Shown here: piece by piece, positions 23,131 through 35,930 of the stretch
How the letters are laid out: every line of letters starts with the position of its first letter
How positions within the stretch are numbered: position 1 is the stretch's first letter
Assembly: GCA_965287045.1 (NCBI GenBank)
Contig: OZ336871.1
Location: 36,084,001 to 36,148,000, forward strand
Direction: 5' to 3'
Source of the DNA: Carcharhinus amblyrhynchos
Taxonomy: Eukaryota
DNA length: 64,000 nt
Notes under the pieces: generated by a model
What the model was told of the DNA's origin: nothing
Database searches by the model: none
What the model saw: only the letters and a program-made list of their open reading frames with translations
Made by a program: the position numbers and the translations under genes

Positions 23131-23470
23131 GGGTGGCACGGTAGCACAGTGGTTAGCACTGCTGCTTCACAGCTCCAGGGTCCTGGGTTTGATTCCCAGC
23201 TTGGGTCACTGTCTGTGTGGAGTTTGTACATTCTCCTCATGTCTGCATGGGTTTCCTCTAAGTGCTCTGGTTTCCTCCTACATTCCAAAGATGTGCGGGT
23301 TAGGTTGATTGGCCACGCTAAGAAATTGCCCCTTAGTGTCCTGAGATGAGTAGGTTAGAGGGATTTAGTGGGTATAATATATGGGCATAGGGTCTGGGTA
23401 GGATTGTGTTCGGTGCAGACTCGATGGGCCAAGGGTCTCTTTCTGCACTGCAGGGTTCTACGATTCTATG
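23131..23470 (+). mobile_element. HE1-like V-SINE, full length, inserted in a CR1 3'UTR
   Basis: gggtggcacggtagcacagtggttagc A box, gggtttgattccc B box, V-domain and gattctatg tail. Confidence 0.92.
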
Positions 23471-23827
23471 CAATGAGATTATGGTTGATCTGTGACTAAA
23501 GTCCATTTTGGCCTTTATTTAGTTACTTTTATTGCCATATCCCCATATCTTTTGAAGCCTTAGGTTAACAAAAATCTATCAATATTAGTTTTCAAATGGA
23601 CAATTTTGAAAATGGATATTGCCTTTTGCAGAGTAGAGTTTGAAATTCTACCAGTCTTTAGCTGGAAATTTTTCTGCCCCACTGCCTCAGGAATGGTAGT
23701 AGGCGGGACAGAAAGTTTGGCAAGTGATTTAAAGGTCTGTTGAGCTCTACTGGGAATTTCCAGTCTTTGGGTGCACACAGCTGGAAATTCCCAACCTTTG
23801 TGTGAATAAGTGTTTCCTCATTTCAGT

Positions 23828-24590
23828 TAGAACAAAGAACAAAGAACATTACAGCACAGGAATACGCCCTTCCGCCCTCCAAGCCTGCACTGCCCATGCT
23901 TCCCGACTTAACTAAAACCCCCTACTCTTCCAGGGACCATATCCCTCTATTCCCATTTTATTCATATATTTGTCAAGACACCCTTTAAAAGTCACTACCG
24001 TATCCACTTCCACTGCCTCCCCCAGCAACAAGTTCCAGGCACCCACTACTCTCTGTGTAAAAATCTGCCTCGTACATCTCCTTTAAACCTTTGCCCCTCA
24101 TACCTTAAACTTGTGCCCCTTGGTAATGGACTCTTCCAGCCTAGGAAAAAGCTTCTGACTATCCACTCTGTCCATGCCTCTCATAATCTTGTAGACTTCT
24201 ATCAGGTCTCCCCTCAACCTCCGTCGCTCCAGTGAGAACAAACCAAGTTTCTCCAACCTCTCCTCATAGCTAATGCCTTTCATATCAGGCAACATCCTGG
24301 TAAATCTTTTCTGTACCCTCTCCAAAGCCTCCACATCCTTCTGATGGTGTGATGACCAGAATTGAACACTATATTCCAAATGAGGCCTAACTAAGCTTCT
24401 ATGAAGCTGCAATATGACTTGCTAATTTTTAAACTGAATACCCTGGCTGATGAAGGTAAGCATACTGTTTACCTTTTTGATAACTTCTCCACCTGCATTG
24501 CCACTTTCAATGAGCTGTGTACCAGATCCCTTTGCCTATCAATACTCGTAAGGGTTCTGCGATTTACTGTATATTTCCCATCTATATTAG
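23828..24590 (-). mobile_element. CR1 LINE 3' part, fairly young, nested in an older CR1 (23470-24915)
   Basis: ORF 24098-24412 LVRPHLEYSVQFWS...LERRRLRGDLIEVYKIM; (agaacaa)n tail at 23829-23848. Confidence 0.92.
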
Positions 24591-24914
24591 AGCTTCTGGG
24601 AGATTGGGCTCTATTTTTTTGAATATGCCTCCTGGGCTTCTAGTCTCCAACCAGCAGGAAGAAATTCTCCTTATCTCCCTTACCCTCTTCCCTTAATAAC
24701 TTGTAAACTTTGATCAAATCAGCACTTAATAATTTAGCTTACAGGGAATAAATCACTAGTTTGTACAAATCTCTGTTTGTAATTTGATGCTGAATCGTTC
24801 ACATATCGTTCTGGTAAATCTACACTGCACTCTCTCCAAGACTAATATATCCTTCCTCAGATGTGGTGCCCAGGATCGCTCACAGTATTTCACAGTGTGT
24901 CCCAGCCAGGTCTT

Positions 24915-26340
24915 AGAGGGGGTCTGAGCCCGCACTCTCTGCCAGCGGGAATGGCGGCAGGGGCTCTAAATCCTTGGAGTGCGATTTGCACTGGTGAGTT
25001 CCAATCTTACCAATCCCTCACTGATGGAGTGGCATGAAACACACTACAGGACCACAGAAAGCTTATTTGAATATATTAGCATGTCGTTAGCAAGTACCAT
25101 TTCCAGATAATGACCCTTACAGAATTTTAAGTGGGTGCCACCACGACGTCTCGCCGGCTCCATTTACAACCCAGTTACAGACACGTGAACCTGACACCTT
25201 CACCTCTGAAGGGCAGTCTGGAGGTAGGCATCAGGCCAGCACCCTGCGCAGAGTGCACTGCTGAGGGGGCGCAAATAGGTTCGACTCAGGGGTCGGACTC
25301 CCAGACTTGCTATTTTGGGGACAGGGGTCAGAAGGGGTCACTTGCAGGCCACACCATCCCTTCGTGTAGGGGTACCCTTTGCATTAAAGGGGTTGTGAAG
25401 GCAGGTATGCAGGCAGTGCAGCCTGTGTCCTCCTTCCTGAGTTCCTGTCCATATCACAGCTGAGGGAATGCCCTTCCTTAGTGGAGACTATCAAGAGGGT
25501 GGGAGGGACAAAGCACTCCCATTCTCATATTCCGTAGGATTGAGGGTCCAGGTGAGTGCAGTGCTCCCCCCAAGCTTGGTGGCATGAACAGACGGGACTC
25601 AACAAAGTCCTGGGCTCTCTGAGTGCCAGTTTTCTGGGACGGCCTGCCTCTGCCTGCTGTGGATCTTTAGCTATGAGGTGCTCTCCAGCGAGTTACCCAG
25701 AAGCCTTCCTACTAATTGGGCTCACTGAGATGTGAGTATTTACTTTGGTGCTGAGTGTGGGTGACAGCTGTGATACATCTTCCATGATGGGGTTGGAGAA
25801 GTCCCCCTTTGTATTCCTGGAGTCCAATGGTTCCAGGGAGAGCCAGGAAGGACCAGCCTGTTCCGGTGGTTGGCCTGCAAGAGAAGGGACATGGCATCGG
25901 TGCATTACAGGGGATACAGAGGGAACGTTGATTACTCACTTGAGACTCACTTGAGACACTTGTGTTGAAGACTCTCACATTTCTTTGCTGCCTATACTTC
26001 ACCAGCAGCACAGACACGCTCTTTCTCCTCCCCTTCCAGCTCGAGGGGACGCTCGTCAAAGCATGTGAGGGTTTGCAATTTGGGCATCACTCCAGCTGGC
26101 TGTACTTGCTGACTCCTGTCATGCTCCATTTTGTCCTGGAATAACACAGACAGGGAGAGCATAGATGGGAGTGTGGACATTTAAAATGGTGATGAAATGT
26201 GGCAAGCATAGAGCTTGAGTGGGAGCTGGAGCGTGGGGAGCACAGCAGAAACTGGGGAACATGGTGAGAGTGGGAAGGAGTCTGATGCCTGGTGTTGGCA
26301 GAGGCCAAGGTGGCTGAGTGCAAGAAGAACTCCATATTTC
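24915..26340 (-). mobile_element. Decayed PIF/Harbinger-type element (Myb/SANT partner region)
   Basis: Composition and words match the Myb-like regions at 47650-48985 and 59400-60540; acidic/low-complexity minus-strand frames. Confidence 0.4.
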
Positions 26341-26819
26341 ACATTGAACCCAACACTGCTATGTTTTGGTAAGATTTTGCCCAGTTTAGTTAAAGTTTGA
26401 TTTCTGCTTTCTTGTCTCGATAAAGGCCAACATTCCATTCAAATTTTTGATTATTTTCCGTACTCATTCATGATATTTTAATGATCTTTGTAGCTGGACT
26501 GTTTTCATTTACTACCCCTTAAAAAATACTTAGGTCCAAAGTAGATGCTCTTTCCTTTGCCTATATTGAAATCCATTTGCCACCTAATGTTTCAATATCT
26601 CTTTATAATTTTATGCCTCCATCTACACCATTTACAATACCTCTTATCTTTGTGTTATTGGCAAATTTGGTTATGCGGCTTTCCTATCACCTAAGTCATG
26701 AATGAATAAAGTGAATAATTGAGACCCCAACGCAAATGCTTGTTACATCTTGCCAATTAGAGTACAATTTTATTATGACTTCCTCTGATTTAAAATCTAC
26801 TGTACTAGCTATGTAATAG

Positions 26820-26940
26820 ATAAAATTGCCATAGTTCCAGATGACTACAGGCTTGTTTCCCCTTTGAAGAGGGAGAGCTGACTGGTGATTTAACCCTAGG
26901 GTCACCACACCTCAGGTGAAGGGCAAGATTGAGAAGGTAA
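26820..26940 (-). mobile_element. Ancient SINE-like 3' half
   Basis: Reverse complement ccttctcaatcttgccc..cacctgaggtgtggtgaccctagggttaaatcaccag...actatggcaatttta, recalled as a dispersed chondrichthyan repeat; family not verified. Confidence 0.4.
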
Positions 26941-27299
26941 CCTCTACTAGTTTTGCATCATAGGATCATAGAATGTTGAAATTAAAGGAGGCCATTTTGC
27001 TCATCAAGTCTGCCTTCAATCTAGTTAGTCCAACATTTGTTGATTGCTGCTCTGCATTGATTCAACATGTTTAATGTCAAGGTAAACTGAGATTCCTGGA
27101 TCTCTTCCAACTTCATGCTTCAGATACAGAATGCAAATGACGCTCATTTCTCCTTTCAATATGCCTCACTTACTCAGCTTAGAGGAACCAGCAAGAGGAG
27201 AATGACAGATTATTCAAATGACTTAAAACCTTTTCAGGAAATGAAAAAAACAGAGAATTTTCAAAACAATTGACTTTAAAGAAGTAAAGGGAGGGGGTG

Positions 27300-27645
27300 G
27301 GGGGCATGGTAGCACAGTGGTTAGCATTGCTGCTTCACAGCTCCAGGGACCTGGGTTCGATTCCCGGCTTGGGTCACTGTCTGTGTGGAGTTTGCACATT
27401 CTCCTTGTGTCTGCGTGGGTTTCCTCCGGGTGTTCCGGTTTCCTCCCACAGTCCAAAGATGTGCGGGCTAGGTTGATTGACCATGCTAAAATTGCCCCTT
27501 AGTATCCTGAGATGAATAGGTTAGAGGGATTAGTGGGTAAAATATGTAGAGATATAGGGGTAGGGCCCGGATGGGATTGTAGTCGGTGCAGACTCGATGG
27601 GCCAAATGGCCTCTTTCTGTGCTGTAGGGTTTCTATGATTTCTGT
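27300..27645 (+). mobile_element. HE1-like V-SINE, full length, low divergence
   Basis: Intact A box, gggttcgattccc B box, V-domain and ttctatgatttct tail. Confidence 0.95.
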
Positions 27646-28694
27646 GAATTAATCCATTGAAAATTGCACCGGCAAAACAATAGTTTCCAGGCAAAATAGT
27701 CTCTGTTTATCTTTAGATTGGATTATCGTTGGATTCAAAGAAGGAAAAGTTGACAGGAAGGAAGGAAAAATGGAAGAAAGCATAAATAAATAAAAGAAAG
27801 GGAGACCAAGTGAAATTAAAGGTGAAAGGAAGAAAGGACAAATCAAATAAAGAAACAGAGGGGCTTAAAAAAGAAGAGAAGGTGGACAAACTAAAGGCAG
27901 AAGGATAAAATCAAACAAAGAAAGAGGAAGTACTTGAATCGATGTGGTTTATAACCGCATCAGGGCATTGCAAGCATTTCCCATTATGCAGAATTGACAC
28001 AAGAACAGTAAAAATAAACCACTGCAGCAATTGAGAAGTGTAAGACCTGCTGGTCTGGTGCATCAGAAATAAGGAATCAACATATGATCATGGCAATTAA
28101 ACTTAAAGAACACTCTGGCTTGATATATAAAAAAGGCAGCAAAATACAGAGTGGGAATTTCCTGGCACTTCGCAGGAAAGCAATAGTGATGAACAATAAC
28201 TGAGATGGTGGTGTATGCTCAGCAGAATGCTTACTCCAACGAGAATGTCCTATCCAATCCAAACAGATGCTTATCTGTGTTTCCCACTGGGTTCACAACT
28301 GATTAATGCAACCCATTTTCCCCACATATGAATAGTGTAGGATTTCAGGCTAGATTAGACAAGCATTTTGAAGGATCCCAGGGATTTGCAGATGTATCAC
28401 ACAACAAACATGTTAACAGTATAATAATTATACACTGCAGAAACTTTCAGACTGGGCAGCTTGCATCCAAAACAATTCTCAGAATATACATGAGGATATT
28501 AGATATTTGTTGCAACGATCCTTTTTTTATCGTGGTGTATAAGACGATCCTATTTTTCCAGCTCCAAAAACCATATTTTCACACAACATGACGTACTATC
28601 CTCAGAGTTAGCCTCAATTTTCTCCCCACAAATGCATGTTTTACCTGCTGGTACTTTTATAACTGGGTGTAAGAGATCAAACAGCAGATATGGT

Positions 28695-29100
28695 CTGTCA
28701 GGTGGGTGAGGCTGGGAGGGGGGATGAAGATTTCGGAGGTTTTGAGGCTGGAGGGGTGCAGATAAAGGTGTCGGGGAGTGAGGCTGGGGGGGTGCGGATT
28801 AAGGTGTTGGAGAGTTGGGAGGGAGGGTTATTAGGAGGGCTGAGGAAGGGATAATGGGGGGGGCAAGATGGAGCTGTGGGGGAAAGTGTCATGGGAGAGA
28901 ATGGGCTTGAGGGAAGGAGTTTGAAGGGACAGAAATTAAAGGGTAGAGATAGGTGCTATGGAGGAAGGAGTTGGGGAGGGTTTGGGGAGGCTGAAGGTGT
29001 CTGGGGGGAGGAAGGGATAGCAGGGTAAGAGATGTAACTTTGGGGCAAGGTGTCATCAAGGGTGTGAGGTAGGGAGTGAGATGGGGTGAGGGGCAGGGGA
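28695..29100. repeat. G/A-rich low-complexity tract
   Basis: Repeated gaggctggggggg and ggggaggg words. Confidence 0.6.
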
Positions 29101-29249
29101 TAACCTTGGAAAGCCGATGTAATATATGCTAAAAGTCAACAGTAGAGATTATTTACTGAAAATGAATATATTTACATAAAATACAGGGTTCATCTATGTA
29201 ATACCTGTGCTCAGAATTTCTTTATTTTCCTTGACCTATTACTTCTTAA

Positions 29250-29497
29250 AATCTTGGAATCACTGCAGTGCAGAAGGAGGCCATTCAGCCCATCAAACTT
29301 GCACTGACAAAATCCCACCCAGCCTTGAACCTGTAACCCCACTATTTACTCTCCTACTCTCCCTTATACTAAAGGTCAATTTAGAATGGCCAATCAACCT
29401 AACCCACCCATTTTTGGATTGTGGGAGGAAACTAGGGCACCCAGAGGAAACCCACGCAGACACAGGGAGAACGTGCAAACTCCACACAGTCACCAAG
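29250..29497 (-). mobile_element. HE1-like V-SINE (5'-truncated)
   Basis: tgtgggaggaaactagggcacccagaggaaacccacgcagacacagggagaacgtgcaaactccacacag. Confidence 0.85.
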
Positions 29498-29919
29498 TTT
29501 TTACCTTTAAAACCTTAGTGAAGGGCGAAGAGAGAGGGCAGCGGATTGGGTTTTAAAGGCTGGGGGAAGGGACATGAGGGGGTTACCATCTGGGAACATT
29601 TCCTCTCATTTCCATAAGCGACCCTCCCTCTCACCTTTATCCATGCTTTGAAATTTACTAGGTTGGCCACCTTCCTTCCCTTTCTTCCACCTTCTTGCAT
29701 GAATCATTGCAACAGAGGAAGTATGAGGTCCTTAAGTGACCAAAACCTCAATAGGTCTAAGAGTGGGCAAGCTGCCTGATACTTTACCAGTCCCCGTAAT
29801 ATGAGGGACAGGTCGAGGGCAGGTAGGAAGGTGGTGGGCTGGTCATTGGGCTTGACTTGAAGTGCCCCACCCCAGCCTTCAAATGTGCTGCTGGCAGGGT
29901 GGCCATAAACACAAGCATT

Positions 29920-31250
29920 AACACCACAGAAGGAGACCGTTCATCCATTGTGGGTGTCCTAGCAGAAAAAGGGCTAGCCAGCTTAAATCCAACTTCCAGC
30001 TCTCAAACTGTAGCCCAGTAATGGGATTTACTGCAGTGAATTATCAAGTGCTTACCTTAATGTTTGTTAAATGCGATGAGAGTTTCTGCCTTTACTATCC
30101 TTTGCAGCAGTGAGTTCTACGTCCCCCCACTACAACCCTCTGGGGTAAAAAAAAACTCAATACTTCACCCCTCCACCCCTGCTCTCCCACCTATCCTTCT
30201 ACCAATTATATACTGATCTCTCTGCTGAGGGAAATATATTTTCCTATCTGCTCTTTCTAAGCCGTTCATAATTTTACTTACCTCCTCATTTAAATCTGCC
30301 CTCTGCCTCCCCTGTTTCAAAGAAAACAAACCCATTCTGGACAATCTTTCTCATAACTAAAATGCTCCATTTCTGGCAACATCCCAGTCTACAACAATAC
30401 TGTCTCTTGTTGGACTTGCTACTTACTGGCTAAAAAGGTTCTCCTGAGTACATTTTGTCAGTTCCTCATGTTCTGAATACATTTTGTCAGTTTCTCAGTT
30501 CAATTCATATATCCACATTTGATGCTTATCCAAGCAAGTCATTCCTACAGTTTTGTGATTGTTTCTTTAACTAATATTGTGACCTCCCCTCCTTTTTTTA
30601 ATGCCCATCTCTATTCAGTCTAAAAATCCTGTAACCAGTAATGTCGAGGGGCCATTCCTGACCTTCTTTAAGCCACTTTTCGGTAATAATCGCTTTCATA
30701 TCATACTGTCAATTCGTACCTTCAAACTACCCACCTCACTCATTAGATGCTTGCATTGAAGTATGTACATTGAACAATTCTTCTCTTGTTTATTTTCTCA
30801 CCTCTGATACCTTGGTTTTCCATGCTCACTTACTCATTTTCTGTCTTCTCTTTCCGGCTTTGCTTCTCTTCCTTCTCACGTTGCTAACCTCTGCCCAGTC
30901 AGTTTAAACTCTTCCCAACAACATTAGCAAACCTCCCATCAAAATAGTTGTCCCACCTTGTGCTGGGCATTCAACATGGCCAGCTTCGAATGGTACTATT
31001 GCCCCAAAAATAGTCCCAATGTTCTAAGAATCTGAAGTTCCTGCACCATTTCTCTACTTAGCTGCTTTATTGTAATATTTCTATACTCACTTATAGTGGG
31101 CACTGAGAGTCATCCAGAGATTTTGATGTCCTACTTCTAATTTATTTCCTTGCTCTTTAAAATCTGCCTGCTAGACCTCCTCCCTCTTGCTTCCCATGTC
31201 ATTAGTATCATAAGGGAGCTGGACCTCTGGCTGTTCACCACCTCCCCTAC
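29920..31250 (-). mobile_element. Highly decayed CR1 fragments (3' end, endonuclease and ORF1 regions)
   Basis: Degenerate CR1 words such as tgtgacctcccctcctttt, agtttaaactcttcccaacaacattagcaaacctccc and ctagacctcctccctctt. Confidence 0.5.
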
Positions 31251-31256
31251 CACCAC

Positions 31257-32095
31257 TGAAGTGTTCGCCAACAGGAAGGGAACAGTCCTGCCTGGTGATT
31301 GTCGAGCGATGTTCATTCATCCATTGTTGTAGCGTCTGCATGGTTTCGCCAATGTACCATGCTTCAGGACATCCTTTCCTGCAGCGTATGAGGTAGACAA
31401 TGTTGGCTGAGTTGCGATAGTATGTGCCGTGTACCTGGTGAATGGTGTTCTCACGTGTGATGATGGTATCCATGTCGATGATCCGGCATGTCTTGCAGAG
31501 GTTGCTGTGGCAGGGTTGTGCGGTGTTGTGGTCACTGTTCTCCTGAAGGCTGGGTAGTTTGCTGCGAACAATGGTCTGTTTGAGGTTGTGCGGTTGTCTG
31601 AAGGCAAGAATCGGGGGTGTGGGATGGCCTCGGCAAGATGTTCATCTTCATCAATGATGTGTTGAAGACTCCGGAGAAGACATCGTAGCTTCTCCGCTCC
31701 GGGGAAGTACTGGACGACGAAGGGTACTCTGTTCACCGTGTCCCATGTTTGTCTTCTGAGGAGGTTGGTGCGGTTTATCACTGTGTTACGTCAGAACTGT
31801 CGATCGATGAGTTAAGCGCCATATCCTGTTCTTATGAGGGCATCTTTCAGCGTCTGGAAGTGTTTGTCATGATCCTCCTCATCTGAGCAGATCCTGTGTA
31901 TATGGAGAGCTTGTCTGTGGGGAATGGCTTCTTTAACGTGTTTAGGGTGGAAGCTGGAGAAGTGGAGCATCGTGAGGCTGCCTGTGGGCTTGAGGTACAG
32001 TGAGGTGCTGAGGTGACTGCCCTTGATGGAGCTGCGTGTGTCAAAGAATGCCACTGATTCCGGAGAATATTCCATGGTAAGTCTGATGGTGGGAT
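31257..32095 (-). mobile_element. Penelope-like element: RT C-terminus plus GIY-YIG endonuclease, frameshifted
   Basis: SVAFFDT...LSTSLYLKPT...LHFSSFHPKHVKEAIP (RT thumb), VPFVVQYFPG (linker) and NIVYLIRCRKGCPEAWYIGET...NEH...PVGEHF (GIY-YIG). Confidence 0.92.
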
Positions 32096-32104
32096 TGCTC
32101 TACC

Positions 32105-32535
32105 ACTTACCAGGGATCCAAGTTCGATTCTCGGTTTAAGTCATTGTCTGTGTGGAGTCTGCACATTCTCCTCATGTTGGTGCCGCTCACTCTTGATCCT
32201 TTCACGAGTGGGAACAGTTGCTTCCTATTTTCTCTGCCCAGTTCTTTCATGATTTTTAGTACCTGCATCAAATCTTCTCTCAGCCTTTTCTCAAAAGAAA
32301 ACAGACTCAACGTTTCCAATCCATCTTCAAAACTGAAGCTCTTTATCTCTGGAACCACTCTTGTGAATGTTTTCTGTCCTCTCTCCAATGCCTTCACATT
32401 GTTCCTAAAGTGAAACTGGACTCGAAACTCTCGTAAAGGCACAACTAGTGCCTCATATAAGTTTGACGTGACTTGCATTCCATGCTCCTATTAATAAAGA
32501 CAAGGATGCTGTATACTTTATCAACTGCTCTGTCA
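32105..32535. mobile_element. SINE head fragment (+, 32105-32180) joined to a CR1 fragment (-, 32180-32535)
   Basis: aagttcgattctc...tgtctgtgtggagtctgcacattctcc. ORF 32107-32478 has KALERGQKTFTRVVP...EKRLREDL. Confidence 0.75.
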
Positions 32536-32539
32536 ATCA

Positions 32540-32988
32540 CAAAAAAAACTACAAAGAGTTGTGAATGTAGCCCAATTCAGCACCCATTCATTGACTCTGT
32601 CTACACTTCCCATTGCCTCAGAAATGCAGCCTGATCAAGGACCCCATGCACCCTGGACATACTCTCTTCCACTTCTTCCATCAGGAAAAAGATTAAAAAA
32701 TCTGAGGTCACATACTAATCAACTCTTCCCTGCTGCTATCACTCTTTTAAATGGACCGACCTCGCAATAAGTTGATCTTTCTCTACACCCTAGCTGTGAC
32801 TGCAATACTACGTCCTGTACCCTCCCCTTTTTGATTTGATTTGATTTACTATTGTCACAACATTGTTTATTATTGTATTAATGTACAGTGAAAAGTATTG
32901 TTGTTCACACATGCTATACAGACAAAGCCTCCCGTTCACACAAGAAATAATACTAATACGTAAGACAATGATAAATCAAATCAAAAAC
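32540..32988. mobile_element. Rearranged Rex1/Babar 3' end (+, -, + pieces)
   Basis: Rex1 3' body 32540-32828; inverted tail ttttgatttgatttgatttactattgtcac; then forward tail aatgataaatcaaatcaaa. Confidence 0.8.
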
Positions 32989-32989
32989 A

Positions 32990-34385
32990 TGACCAGCCAC
33001 CTTCAGAGCCTTATGCCTTCATTTCTCACTGCCTGCAGCCCATTTAGAGTTTACCCTTGATTTTGGAATTGTCTCTCCAAAAATGTTATTCCCCCAAAAA
33101 TAATTTCATATTTCACTGCATTGAACTTCATCAGCTTCCTATCTGCTCACTCTACCAGCTTACTTATGTCGTCTTGAAGTTCTACACTATCCTCCTCACA
33201 GTTTACAACGCTTCCAAATTTTCCATCGTCTGCAGTTTTTGAAATTGTTCCCTGTATGCAAAGGTCTAGGTCATTAACATATATCAGGAAAAGCAGAAAA
33301 AATACTGACCCTGGGGGAACTCTATCACAAACCTTCCTCCAGCCAGGAAATCATCCATTATCCATTACCCCCTGTTCCTGTCATTCAGCTAATTATTGTT
33401 ACTAATGTTTTCATTCCATGAAGTATAAATTTTCTCACAAATCTGTTGTGCAAGACTGTAACAAATGCCTTTAGAAAGTTCATGTACACCATATCAACAG
33501 AATTTTGCTCATCAACCCTTTCTGTTGCCTCTTCAAAAAGCTCCAATAAATTAGTTAACCACATTTTTTCCCTTACAAAATCCATGCTAGCTCTCCTTAC
33601 TTAACCCTATTTGTCCAAGTGATTATTTTCTAAATGAGAAAATGCTTAGAAAATCAGAAACATAAAGGGACTTGGGAGTCATTGTTCAAAATTCTCTTAA
33701 GATTAACGTGCAGGTATCGTCGGCAGTCAGGCAGACAAATGAAATGTTAGCATTCACGTCAAGAGGGCTACAATACAAGAGCAGCGATGTACTTCTGAGG
33801 CCTTGTAAGGCTCTGGTCAGACCCCATTTGGAGTATTGTGAGCAGTTTTAGGCGCCATATCTAAGGAAGGACATGCTAGTGTTGGAAAGGTCCAGAGGAG
33901 GTTCACAAGAATGATCCCTGGAATGAAGATATTGTCATATGAGGAATGGTTGAGGACTCTGGGTCTGTACTCGTTGGAGTTTAGAAGGATGAAGGGGGAT
34001 CTTATTGAAACTGACAGGATATTGTAAGGTCTGGATAGAATGGATGTGGAGAAGATGTTTCTGCTAGTAGGAAAAAATAGAACCAGAGGGTACAATCTCA
34101 GGCTAAAGGGACGATCCTTTAGAACAGAGATGAGGAGGAATTTCTTCAGCCGGAGAGTGGTGAATCTGTGGAACTCTTTGTCGTAGAAGGCAGTGGAGGC
34201 CAGGTCATTGATGTGTTTAAGACAGAGATAGATAGATGCTTGATTAATAAGGGGATCAGGGATTATGGGGAAAAAGCCCATACCCCATATGGAATGAGAA
34301 AAATATCAGCCAATATTTGAATGGCGGTGCAGACTTGGTGGGCCACGTGGCCTAATTCTGCTCCTATGTCTTATGGTCTTATGGT
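32990..34385. mobile_element. CR1 RT fragment (-, 32990-33620) and CR1 3' part (+, 33630-34385)
   Basis: LTNLLELFEE...VDMVYMNFLKAF on the minus strand. On the plus strand, LVRPHLEYCEQF, LEFRRMKGDLIE and a tcttatggtcttatgg tail. Confidence 0.85.
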
Positions 34386-34732
34386 TTTATTAATTTTGTT
34401 TCAAATTATTGTTTCTTGAAGTCTCCCCACTACCAAAGTGGCTGGTCAGAGCAACATTTTTGAACTTGGATGTAACATATACACCTCTGGCACCACCCTG
34501 ATGTTTAAGAAGATTGAAACATTATGGCAACAGCTCCCCAATTTTCAGTCTCACGTCCATTAACCACTGTTCAATTTCCAAAACCTGGAGCTCAATTTGC
34601 TGCAGCTGACAACATTTTCTACACACATCCAGGACTTGGGAAGTGTCCTAGAATTCCCACATAGCTCTAGATGTTCGAGCAGACCTACCATCCTCTATTT
34701 ATTAATGAATATTTATTTATTAATGTTTATAA

Positions 34733-35030
34733 GGATGGCACAATGTCACTGTTGCCTACAGCGCCAAGGACCCAGGCTCGATACATGACTTGGGTCACTG
34801 TCAGTGTGGAGTTTGCACATTCTCCCCGTGCCTGCATGGGTTTCCTCCAGGTGCTCCGGTTTCCTCCCACAGTCTGAGTTATGTGGATTGGCCATGTTAA
34901 ATTGCCCCTTAGTGTTAGGGGGACTGGCTAGGGTATGCATGATGTTATGGGATAGGTCCTGGCTGGAATTGTGGTCAGTACAGACTCGATGGGCCAAATG
35001 GCCTCATTGTAGGGTTCTATGACCTATGAT
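34733..35030 (+). mobile_element. HE1-like V-SINE
   Basis: Degenerate head, V-domain catgggtttcctccaggtgctccggtttcctcccacag and tail ttctatgacctatgat. Confidence 0.85.
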
Positions 35031-35205
35031 TTATTAATACTGAGAATAAACCTTCCAAGTGGTAATAAACTTTACCAATATTAATATAGCTTTACCATTA
35101 TTTAACTGTACTACTTTACAGTCATTTGGTAGTGCAGAACTTGAGCGTTGCTGAAAAAAAGACACATAGTACAGGATGTACACTCTCGCTGTTGGAGTCA
35201 TACAC

Positions 35206-35930
35206 ACATGGACACAATGTACACACATTGTGTTTGTTTCAGCTAAACACAATAAGCGATAACCATTCACTTATTAATTTCCAGGACAACACCAAGGTCA
35301 AGTTGCCTGGTTTAAATTTCAACCAATGTTTTGCAGTTAATTGTCTGAAAAAGAGACAAGTTGGAGCCTTTTGTCTTGCATTCATCAGAACACTTCATAA
35401 CAATATCAAGATAAGGGGAAAACAACAAATTATTCTGTATAAGAAAAGAGTGTTGATTGGTTAGCAAGTAGATTCCGATTGGAGAAAGCACCAGATGATG
35501 TTGACTGACAATTAACCGCAAAACATTGGTTGGAATTTAAACCAGGCAGCTTGACCTTGATTTTTCAAGGTGTTCTCCTGGGAATTAATAAGTGAATGGT
35601 TGTCACTTATTTTGTTTAGCTGAAACAAACACAATGTGTGTACATTGTGTCCATGTCTAGTTTAAACTAAGATTCTAGTTTAACTCCCGGGTGCTATGAA
35701 ACTAGAATGCACTATGTGTGTACTGTTTGAAAAGAAGAGGGTTGTGTGTATCAATATATATAGCCTCCAGTACATGTAAATGCTCCATACTGCAAGCCAG
35801 ATTAATTCTGTCAGGGTAATTCTTAGCACATTGAAGATTATTTAGCAAATGTTGCCCAATTACAGAATCACATTTAACACAGGACAGAAGCATGGGCTGA
35901 TTGGACACGGTCTGTTCTTTGTCCTCCCTA
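35206..35930 (-). mobile_element. Penelope-like element (second family): GIY-YIG C-terminus, pLTR and an inverted pLTR piece
   Basis: ORF 35702-35995 includes SVIGQHLLNNLQCAKNY...LHVLEAIYIDTHNPLL. 35206-35345 is an inverted copy of 35507-35656. Hammerhead-like motif at 35345-35392. Confidence 0.75.

Noticed and set aside
27300-27375. tRNA gene (also the heads at 23131, 42215 and 4538)
   Set aside because: The A and B boxes run directly into SINE bodies; these are SINE heads.
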